Shown here: in pieces, positions 1-6,850 of the stretch
How positions within the stretch are numbered: position 1 is the first letter of the stretch
Layout of the letters: the number at the start of each line of letters is the position of its first letter
From: an uncultured archaeon
Lineage (GTDB): Archaea > Asgardarchaeota > Thorarchaeia > Thorarchaeales > Thorarchaeaceae
DNA length: 18,625 nt
Assembly (NCBI GenBank): GCA_964473825.1
Contig: CAYYQL010000044.1
Span: 1,711-20,335, forward strand
Direction of reading: 5' to 3'
Position numbers and translations under genes: made by a program
Notes under the pieces: model-generated
Database searches by the model: none
The model's input: the letters and a program-made list of their open reading frames with translations, nothing else
Told to the model about the DNA's origin: nothing

Positions 1-4
1 AAAA

Positions 5-31
5 TTAGACACGTATTAGATAGTTGTCTAA
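5..31. promoter_or_regulatory. Putative transcription-factor operator (TTAGAYA half-sites, inverted and direct)
   Basis: TTAGACA (5-11) and TTAGATA (16-22) are direct copies 11 bp apart; TGTCTAA (25-31) is the perfect reverse complement of the first. AT-rich context with no convincing CDS. Confidence 0.35.
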
Positions 32-203
32 GGTCACGCTATGTATTCCATAGCACAGGCCGCCCTCCGTCTGGGTTTTCACCAGAACCATCCGCCGCTC
101 GGATGCTCGGGACAACATCCATGCTCGGAGTCAACGAGTGGTCGAACAACACCCATGGGCAGACCTATCACGTTCCTGTTCCACAGAAGAAGGGGATATC
201 TAG

Positions 204-338
204 ATGGACGAAGAGGAACTCGAGAGGATCTCACTGAGGGCATATGATGCCCTCTTCGGCGATGAGGAGGAGCTGAAGGAGTACATCTGGTGCATGGCAG
301 AGTATCACGGCAAGGGAGCGACTTCTCCAGCCTCGTGA
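204..338 (+). CDS. Small acidic hypothetical protein, 44 aa (MDEEELERISLRAYDALFGDEEELKEYIWCMAEYHGKGATSPAS); possibly a gene remnant
   Basis: Translated by hand, below the ORF-track cutoff. ATG at 204 follows purine-rich AGAAGGGGA, codons are GAG/GAC/CTC-rich like real genes here, the sequence looks helical, and TGA is at 336-338. Confidence 0.4.
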   Translation: MDEEELERISLRAYDALFGDEEELKEYIWCMAEYHGKGATSPAS

Positions 339-392
339 TGATGCCAACGAACCTCCCAGATTGAATATGACTGCTCTGCGGTTAGCCAGACG
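334..392 (+). ncRNA. Candidate C/D-box guide sRNA with variant CAGA D and D' boxes
   Basis: Box C GTGATGA 335-341, 15-nt guide, D' CAGA 357-360, C'-like ATGACTG 367-373, 13-nt guide, D CAGA 387-390. Spacing resembles the sRNA at 6703-6769, but there is no good terminal stem. Confidence 0.4.
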
Positions 393-499
393 CATGACTC
401 TCAGTTCTCAGCGACCTCAATTCCGCTTTTCACTCTATTGTCAGATGTGCTCATGTCAATCCTTTTCTGTATCCCTTCTGGGATATCTTCTGAGAAACG

Positions 500-1639
500 A
501 TGCCCTCAGTTCAGGAAGCCCTCGACGAAATAGAGCAGCATTTGAAGGAGAACCCGGATGATGCCCATGCCTGGAATAGCAAAGGTGTCCTTCTTGCACA
601 GATGAAGGACTTTGGTGCTGCCATTCGAGCCCTCGACCGGGCGATTGGACTGAATCCTGAGCTTGCTGAGGCTTACACCAACCGTGGTCGTGTCCTGCTC
701 TCCATCGGGCCAGAGAATGCGGACAAGGCACTCGATTCCTTTGATACTGCACTGGAGCTCTCTCCTGGGAATGTTCAAGCCCTGAAGGACAAGGCATTTG
801 CACTGCGTATCACTGGCAAGTCAAAAAAGGAGCTTGAGACAATCCGCCGCCTTCTCGAGAAGTCTCCTGATGAGTGGGGTATCTGGATACGACGTGGAGA
901 CATAGAACTGGAGCTTGGACACACTCGACAGAGTGTTGAGAGCTACAACCGAGCATTAGAGATCAATGCCGATGCAGTTCCTGCTCTCGTCCACCGAGGT
1001 ATTGCATTCTCATTGGATGAGAGATGGAGTGAAGCAATCGATTCCGCAAAGCGCGCAACAGAATTGGCTCCTGATGAGCTTGAGCCATGGCGGGCTCTTG
1101 GGGATATCTATCTGCGGGCCGACAAGTTCGGATCCGCCATGAAGGCTCTGAAGGAAGCAGCACACCTCGACCCAGAAGATCCCACGATAGAGAATACCAT
1201 GGGCATGGCCGCATTCAGGAAGGGAATGGAACGAGAGGCCACTAAACACTTCAAGCGGGCCCTTGTCAAGAAGCATGACTATGCTCCTGCCTTGAAGAAC
1301 TTGGCTTTCATCAGTGTTGAACTCGAGGAGTGGGAACAGGCTCGGAAGGCCTTCAGAAGACTTACCCGTCTGGTCAAGGATGACCCCAGTATCTGGAACG
1401 CAGCAGCCACCACATACGCTCGCCTCAATGACTTCTGTGCAGCGGCTGATGGATGGGAACAAGCACGAAAGCTGCTTCGTAAGAAAGGGGAAAAGAAGGC
1501 AGCCGACCGAATCCACGAACTACATCGCGCAGCCCGTATCAACTGCTCCAAGCAGAAGAAGGCAGAACGCGAGCGTCGCAAACACGAGAAAGCAACGCGA
1601 AGCTTCCGTGACAGATTATCATTGAGAAAGAAGGACTAG
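500..1639 (+). CDS. Tetratricopeptide-repeat (TPR) protein with a basic C-terminal helix
   Basis: 379 aa with repeated 34-aa TPR pattern (AWNSKGVLL...A...LDRAIGLNP; AYTNRGRVL...FDTALELSP; PWRALGDIY...LDP). C-terminus is Lys/Arg-rich. Confidence 0.9.
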   Translation: MPSVQEALDEIEQHLKENPDDAHAWNSKGVLLAQMKDFGAAIRALDRAIGLNPELAEAYTNRGRVLLSIGPENADKALDSFDTALELSPGNVQALKDKAFALRITGKSKKELETIRRLLEKSPDEWGIWIRRGDIELELGHTRQSVESYNRALEINADAVPALVHRGIAFSLDERWSEAIDSAKRATELAPDELEPWRALGDIYLRADKFGSAMKALKEAAHLDPEDPTIENTMGMAAFRKGMEREATKHFKRALVKKHDYAPALKNLAFISVELEEWEQARKAFRRLTRLVKDDPSIWNAAATTYARLNDFCAAADGWEQARKLLRKKGEKKAADRIHELHRAARINCSKQKKAERERRKHEKATRSFRDRLSLRKKD

Positions 1640-2769
1640 GCCGCCTCGGTGGCGCTGTTCTTGACGAATGGCGGGGCATACTTCTTGAGTCGTTTCAGCG
1701 CACGTATCTTGTCTGGTCTCCCGAGCCTACTCTCTCGAAGGGCCTCCTCCATGAACTGAATAGCCTGATCATACGCCTTCCTCGGCACAGGAAAGGGAAC
1801 ACCGTCTTTACCACCAAATGCGAATGTCATACGAACGGGATCGGACCATGAGGGTGGTGATCCATATATCATCTCAGAGATAAGTGCCAGTCCTCTGACA
1901 GTAGCCGGTCCAATGCCGTTGATCCTGATGAGTTCTTCATAGTCATGAGGCTGCCTTTCGTAGGCCTTCCTGACTGCTCTCCAGTCCATTCTTCGTGGAA
2001 TCACTTTGTACGCCGGGAGCTCTATGACGTTACCCCCGTCCTCCAACCATGGGAGCAAGGTAGTTTCCCCGTAGGGCTTGAGGTTGTCGAAGTGCCTACG
2101 CACTCTCAGGGGATCCTCCTGTGCCACATCGACACTAGTTCTCCTACATTCATCGGATATTTTTGCTGTCATATCCAGTGTGGTGCTTCCGATCTCCCCC
2201 GATATCATCCCGGTGTGGGGTTCTTCGATGAAGCCCTTGACATTCTCCGATGACCAATGGTACCTCCGCGCGTCATCCGTACCATCATTCATGCCCTGCT
2301 GCACCACCGTCCAGTTCTCTTCGGTGTCCACGAAGAAGACATGCTGATAGAGCTGGTAACCGTCCTGCACTGCGGCATTGTCCACCTTGGCGATGATCTT
2401 GCTGCAGTCTGCCAGGCCGACGCCATCCATCCCAAAGTCGTGAAGTGCAAGCAATTGCTGCGGTGTCTTGAGCGAGGCCCTTCCCTTGCCCCCGACAGCA
2501 ATCATGTTGTGTTTCTCAAAGCTCAGGACTGACTTGAGGACTCCACAGGTCACGGTTGTTGACCCCGAACTGTCCCAGTCATAGCCGAGTGCGTTGGACA
2601 GCGCCTGGAAGTAGATGGGATCTGACAGCCTCTTGAGCAGTTCCAGCGTGCCATATTCCTCCACGATGAACTCGCAGACTGCACTGGCCATGGGCATCAT
2701 TCGCTTGATGAGCCAGTGTGGTGCTTTGCCCGGGTGAAGTTTGAGGTCAGCAACGCCTGAACGTTTCAA
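1636..2769 (-). CDS. DUF763 family protein
   Basis: Characteristic motifs ADLKLHPGKAPHWL, RLSDPIYFQAL..LGYDWDSSGSTT, AKVDNAAVQDGYQLYQH, WTVVQQGMN, ARRYHW, GIGPATVRGLAL, FAFGGKDGVPFPV. TTG start; overlaps the TPR stop by 4 nt (convergent). Confidence 0.92.
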   Translation of the reverse strand: MKRSGVADLKLHPGKAPHWLIKRMMPMASAVCEFIVEEYGTLELLKRLSDPIYFQALSNALGYDWDSSGSTTVTCGVLKSVLSFEKHNMIAVGGKGRASLKTPQQLLALHDFGMDGVGLADCSKIIAKVDNAAVQDGYQLYQHVFFVDTEENWTVVQQGMNDGTDDARRYHWSSENVKGFIEEPHTGMISGEIGSTTLDMTAKISDECRRTSVDVAQEDPLRVRRHFDNLKPYGETTLLPWLEDGGNVIELPAYKVIPRRMDWRAVRKAYERQPHDYEELIRINGIGPATVRGLALISEMIYGSPPSWSDPVRMTFAFGGKDGVPFPVPRKAYDQAIQFMEEALRESRLGRPDKIRALKRLKKYAPPFVKNSATEAA

Positions 2770-2852
2770 TCTGGAATCTGCTCCGCATGTATTCTACACA
2801 GGGAAAAAATAAGCACAACAGGTGGCCGAAAGTACTCCCTCCACCAGGCGAA

Positions 2853-3065
2853 TCATTTCAGTATCTTGCTCCCCTCAGGGATCGATAATGCGGACATCAC
2901 ATTCCGATGTTTCTCTATGAACTCGCTGAGAACCTCCCTTATACTCATCTGAAATGCCTTCTTGGGCTTGATAGGCTTTGATTCAGTGAGTGAGGTCTTA
3001 GAGTTCGGTACAGGACGGACTTCCGGGAGTCTCGCGCTAGGGGATTCAAGATTTGAGGCCTTCAA
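2853..3065 (-). CDS. Small hypothetical protein, 70 aa (or C-terminal part of a frameshifted gene)
   Basis: ORF track. Pro/Ser/Lys linker followed by the amphipathic helix MSIREVLSEFIEKHRNVM. TTG start overlaps the stop of the upstream small ORF. Confidence 0.45.
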   Translation of the reverse strand: MKASNLESPSARLPEVRPVPNSKTSLTESKPIKPKKAFQMSIREVLSEFIEKHRNVMSALSIPEGSKILK

Positions 3066-3193
3066 GTATCTGGTCGGGTTCTCGGACTGTTTCTATCCGC
3101 TCTCCCACGCAGATTTCTCATGATACTTCTAGCATCACGCACAGTCATAGACAATTCTTCTTCAATCGTAAGAGTCTTAGTATCCGGTGACAC
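3062..3193 (-). CDS. Small hypothetical protein, 43 aa (MSPDTKTLTIEEELSMTVRDARSIMRNLRGRADRNSPRTRPDT), or N-terminal part of a frameshifted gene
   Basis: Translated by hand on the minus strand: GTG at 3193, GGTGAGAGG further upstream, helical EEELSMTVRDARSIMRNL, TGA at 3064-3062 overlapping the TTG of the next ORF. Confidence 0.4.
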   Translation of the reverse strand: MSPDTKTLTIEEELSMTVRDARSIMRNLRGRADRNSPRTRPDT

Positions 3194-3303
3194 TGTATTT
3201 TCTTGACTCTACCTCTCACCGGAGAATCCTTTTATTCATAGAAGTGAAAGAGATTCCTGCTGTCAGATACAGTAGAGTTCTTAGCTGATTGAAGTGATCA
3301 AAA

Positions 3304-3846
3304 ATGTCAGGTATCTCAGAGTGGGATGAGGCTATCGAGTACGACAAATTCATAGATTCTGCCCGCGAACATGTCGAACTCATGAAGGCCAGATTCAACG
3401 ATTTGATGATTAACGAGGAAGAGATAGACCTCCTTCGGAGCATAGAGAACGAGATGAATATTCTGGTCATCGGGACAGATCGTTGCAACGACACGGCAGG
3501 AAATCTACCGGTGCTCGCCAGAATTGTCTCTATCGCATCTGCCCTGAGTCTTCGCATCATTGATAGCGATAAGAATGCACGATTCCACCAGAATTTCACT
3601 GTTAACGGAAAGAGAAAGACCCCTGTCGTGCTACTTCTGAACAGTGAAAATGAAGAGCTGCTGCGATGGGTTGAGCGTCCTAATGCGGCCTATAAGGTAA
3701 TTAATGAGATTTCAAATGGCTCGGTAGACGAACGTCGAGAGGCACTCAAGAAGCTCTATAGTGACCCTGAGATACTGCGACAGAGTCTGGGAGAATTCCT
3801 AGATACGCTTCTCCGTGGAGACTATATCTTGGGACGTAGCAAGTGA
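3304..3846 (+). CDS. Thioredoxin-fold protein (Thioredoxin_9-like) with a CxxT motif
   Basis: ILVIGTDRCNDTAGNLPVLARI resembles the family's xWCGDxxxxxPxLxxI segment; NGKRKTPVVLLL (cis-Pro loop) and RWVERP are also typical. Confidence 0.8.
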   Translation: MSGISEWDEAIEYDKFIDSAREHVELMKARFNDLMINEEEIDLLRSIENEMNILVIGTDRCNDTAGNLPVLARIVSIASALSLRIIDSDKNARFHQNFTVNGKRKTPVVLLLNSENEELLRWVERPNAAYKVINEISNGSVDERREALKKLYSDPEILRQSLGEFLDTLLRGDYILGRSK

Positions 3847-4505
3847 TGCCGCACTTAGGAAAGGCAGACTGGAGTGACTCTGAACGGGTCGAAAGCCTAG
3901 CAAATTCTTACGGGGAACGATATGGTGAATCATTCTGGAGAGCGTTTTCCAACCTGATGAACTCCATGTCGGTGAGCGACGTGTTAGAGTTCGGTTCAGG
4001 GCCTGGGCTGTTTCTGGTTGATGCCGTCAAGAGGCTTGGTGCGAGTAGGGTCTACGGAATCGACGAGAGCGCTGAGATGATTGAGCAAGCCAAGGCCTTT
4101 CTATCCAGAGTGCTTAGCCCCACGCAGTTCACCTTGGTCCAGCTAAATCTTGATACTGACAAGATTCCCTTTGAGCCCGGGATTGCTGACTTGGCCTTCT
4201 CTGGATACCTGTTACATGAGGTTTCGGCACCATTCCAGCATATCCAGTCTGCCTGCAAGCTGCTGAAGGATACGGGGGTCTATGCTATCTACGACTTCGT
4301 TTCTGGCGACGAAGAAGCCTTTGTTGAGGGAATGATTGCACGAGGCATGGACGAAAAACGCGCGAGAAAGAAATACCCGCACATGTGCAAGCATAGTGTA
4401 GATGGCATTCGAGGCTTCTTCGACGATGCGAACTATCAGTTCTCGCAGTATGAGATGGTGGAAGACTTCGTGGCTATCGTGATAGGACTCAAAAGCTCAG
4501 GTTGA
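3843..4505 (+). CDS. Class I SAM-dependent methyltransferase
   Basis: Motif I VLEFGSGPG, post-I VYGIDES, motif II ADLAFSGYLLHEV, motif III LLKDTGVYAIYDF. Start (GTG 3843 or ATG 3846) overlaps the thioredoxin stop. Confidence 0.88.
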   Translation: MMPHLGKADWSDSERVESLANSYGERYGESFWRAFSNLMNSMSVSDVLEFGSGPGLFLVDAVKRLGASRVYGIDESAEMIEQAKAFLSRVLSPTQFTLVQLNLDTDKIPFEPGIADLAFSGYLLHEVSAPFQHIQSACKLLKDTGVYAIYDFVSGDEEAFVEGMIARGMDEKRARKKYPHMCKHSVDGIRGFFDDANYQFSQYEMVEDFVAIVIGLKSSG

Positions 4506-4589
4506 CATCATAAAGAAGCAGACAGTTATAGCCCAGACTTTAGTTCGGGTCATTAGGTCTCCTGTAGTATTATTGATTGAGGAGTGAAA

Positions 4590-5717
4590 ATGGTAACGCG
4601 GACTCAGATGCTCAGATACCCCTTCTCTCGTTATGCAAGAGAGATCTCCAGTTCCGTGGCTCGTGATGTCGGAGAACTGGTGAAACTCCTTGACAATGAT
4701 GAGAACGAGTATATCGTGGAGCATGCAGAGTCCCGGGTAGCAGCCGCTCTTGACAAGTTAGAGATCAAGTTGGTGAATACTAATGATGATCGGGATTTCC
4801 TCATCTACCCCACTGCACGGTTGATTGTTGAAGCGATAGGCAACAGCCGACTGAAAGAATACCAAGCAGAGGTTGAATCAAAGGCCGTAAACAAGTTTCT
4901 CGGCAAGGAAGATGACGATTTCATCATGGAACTCGCCAGTGAGTCCTTTGGATGGCACGTCAAGTCAGTGGGCAATATCACCCAAAGAGCGCGTCTACCC
5001 CCTCAACTCCGAACTTATGGGTTCAAGATTCAGTTCCAGGATTTTCTGGAGGTAGCACCTGATTTCCATGAGCCAGTATGGAAACTAGTCAATCGATATC
5101 TGGACAGTGGCTGGGTCCCCGTTCAGAAGTCAGAGCTCTCCCGTCTTATCTCTGGTAAGTTCAACAAGATCATTCTGGGTAGCCATATCGATGTACCACC
5201 ATTACCTCGGCGCCTTGCAGAGAGCATTCAGCGTATTGAGAGCGAGCTCAGCAGGAAGATCAAATCAACTGGCCCCGTAGAACTCACGGAAGAGAGCGAA
5301 GATGCCTTTCCTCCGTGCATCTCTCAGATGCACAAGGACACGCGGGCCGGCAAGAATCTGTCTCACAGTGCAAGGTTCGCCTTGGCATCCTTCCTGCTCA
5401 ACATTGGAATGTCGGTGTCCGAAGTAGTCGATGTCTTTCGTGCAGCACGGGACTACGTCAGTAGCCTTGCAGAGTATCAGGTCAAACATATCGCGGGAGA
5501 GCGAGGGGGTCGGGATGCCTATACTCCTCCAAGTTGTAAGAAAATGCAGTCAGACAGTCTGTGCCCTGTATATCTAGGTGAGGCATTTGACCCACTATGC
5601 GAGTATATCTCTCATCCTCTGAGTTTCTATGAAACCAGGGCTTGGGAGTTGTCGAAAGGAGTAGAGGACCACTCATGGTACGCCCGCAAGAAGAAGAAGA
5701 GGCAACATCTGGGGTAA
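4590..5717 (+). CDS. priL: DNA primase large (regulatory) subunit PriL
   Basis: N-terminal RYPF, WKLVNRYLDSGWV, and Fe-S C-terminal domain FPPCI...NLSHSARFALASFL...YQVKHIAG...YTPPSCKKM...LCP...PLC...HPLSFY with four Cys. GAGGAG SD favours ATG 4590 over GTG 4584. Confidence 0.95.
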   Translation: MVTRTQMLRYPFSRYAREISSSVARDVGELVKLLDNDENEYIVEHAESRVAAALDKLEIKLVNTNDDRDFLIYPTARLIVEAIGNSRLKEYQAEVESKAVNKFLGKEDDDFIMELASESFGWHVKSVGNITQRARLPPQLRTYGFKIQFQDFLEVAPDFHEPVWKLVNRYLDSGWVPVQKSELSRLISGKFNKIILGSHIDVPPLPRRLAESIQRIESELSRKIKSTGPVELTEESEDAFPPCISQMHKDTRAGKNLSHSARFALASFLLNIGMSVSEVVDVFRAARDYVSSLAEYQVKHIAGERGGRDAYTPPSCKKMQSDSLCPVYLGEAFDPLCEYISHPLSFYETRAWELSKGVEDHSWYARKKKKRQHLG

Positions 5718-5747
5718 GAGTCGGCGACTGTCAGCTTGGTGTTCGTG

Positions 5748-6608
5748 TCATTCTGTGACATCCCCATTACACTTCTGACGCGCACGGCATCGTACATAGT
5801 GGAACAGGTATTGCTGAGTGTAGCCTGCGTAGGGTCCAAAGTACTCTCGGGCAGCAGTAGATTTCTTGGCGTATGATTTCCCTGTGTCTGAAAACATACC
5901 ATATTCCTCCTGAATCACTCGCTCGATCCAGACGTCAATAGGGAAGGCCTCCAGAAAACCCAGTGAGAACAGACACACACAGTCCGCGACCTTGTTCCCG
6001 ACTCCATGCAGTGTCTTGAGATGGCGATGCGCATCAGGATATGGCATCTCAGAGAGTTCCTCCGGGATGATATCTCTCTTCAGGACTGCTTGTGTTGACT
6101 TCGCTATGAACTCTCCCCGCCAGCCAAAGCCGAGATCTCTCAGTTCATTCGGGGTGACAGCAGCAAGCTCTTCGGGAGTGGGCATCCCGTGCCACTTCTG
6201 TCCTCTGAACTCATAGGTGGACCCATACCTCTCCCGTAGCGTCTTCACCATTCCCTGTATTCGAGGAATGTTGTTGAAGGTGGAACAGATGAAGGAAACC
6301 AGGCACGGGAAGAAATCGTCTGATATGACTCGAAGTCCTGGAGCAAACGAGATGCTTTTGCGTATCAGATCGTCCTTTGCAATCTCCTGTTGTATCAAGT
6401 CCAAAGGGTCATCAAGTCGGAACATCTGCTTGATAGGGGCATCTGAGGCTGAGCTCTCGTAGAGGAGCCTGTCGCCTTTCTGCTCGACGTATACTACCTG
6501 GCCGATGTCAGAGTTCACATAGCCCTGCCCGTACCTCTGCCACGAGAAGGTCTGACCGCACTCCAAGGTGTCAGTCAAATCGAACTGTTTCGTAGATATC
6601 TGCCGCAT
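5748..6608 (-). CDS. ogg1: 8-oxoguanine DNA glycosylase/AP lyase, OGG1 type (HhH-GPD superfamily)
   Basis: OGG_N-like start FDLTDTLECGQTFSW, SFICSTFNNIPRI, HhH LHGVGNKVADCVCLF with the catalytic Lys, FPIDVWI with the catalytic Asp, and FGPYAGYTQQYLF. GGTGA SD upstream. Confidence 0.9.
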   Translation of the reverse strand: MRQISTKQFDLTDTLECGQTFSWQRYGQGYVNSDIGQVVYVEQKGDRLLYESSASDAPIKQMFRLDDPLDLIQQEIAKDDLIRKSISFAPGLRVISDDFFPCLVSFICSTFNNIPRIQGMVKTLRERYGSTYEFRGQKWHGMPTPEELAAVTPNELRDLGFGWRGEFIAKSTQAVLKRDIIPEELSEMPYPDAHRHLKTLHGVGNKVADCVCLFSLGFLEAFPIDVWIERVIQEEYGMFSDTGKSYAKKSTAAREYFGPYAGYTQQYLFHYVRCRARQKCNGDVTE

Positions 6609-6667
6609 CTCATCACCTAGCCCGAAGGAGAGAACATGAGTATTGTGCTAGGACGTAGGTCACTGAG

Positions 6668-6678
6668 GAAACCTCAAA
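6668..6678 (+). promoter_or_regulatory. Putative BRE/TATA-like promoter of the C/D sRNA
   Basis: GAAACCTCAAA about 28 nt upstream of the sRNA stem; same AAnCCTYWW pattern as other upstream regions in the window. Confidence 0.35.
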
Positions 6679-6702
6679 CGGAGGCCTCTCTGTTGATTTT
6701 TC

Positions 6703-6769
6703 CACGGCGATGATGATGCTCCTCGCGTAACCTGACACGAATGATCCCCTCTAGAGTATCTGAGCCTTG
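6703..6769 (+). ncRNA. Archaeal C/D-box 2'-O-methylation guide sRNA
   Basis: Stem GGC (6706-6708)/GCC (6764-6766), box C ATGATGA 6710-6716, guide TGCTCCTCGCGTAAC, D' CTGA 6732-6735, C' ATGATCC 6741-6747, guide CCTCTAGAGTAT, D CTGA 6760-6763. About 61 nt core, intergenic, canonical K-turn geometry. Confidence 0.82.
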
Positions 6770-6850
6770 TTCTGGTCAATGAATCTATCAACCCGCTGCT
6801 TACTGCTAGGTATATGTGGCGGGAATATCGAGAGCGTTTCTGGAGATCGT

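Noticed and set aside
4-31. Xer/dif recombination site
   Set aside because: Symmetry has a 13-nt odd spacer rather than 11-6-11, and the inner TAA/TTA arms are missing.
1-247. ORF 41-247 and an open frame 1-237
   Set aside because: Translations are Ser/Pro/Arg/Gly-rich with no motif or gene-like codon pattern; cannot be supported.
3062-3064. TGA as a selenocysteine codon in the small minus-strand ORF
   Set aside because: The in-frame continuation is not protein-like, there is no redox motif context, and no SECIS-like element was recognised.
6778-6835. ATGA...AA...hairpin as a SECIS element
   Set aside because: The helix after AUGA does not pair with a downstream GA-containing strand, and no in-frame-UGA gene lies upstream on this strand.
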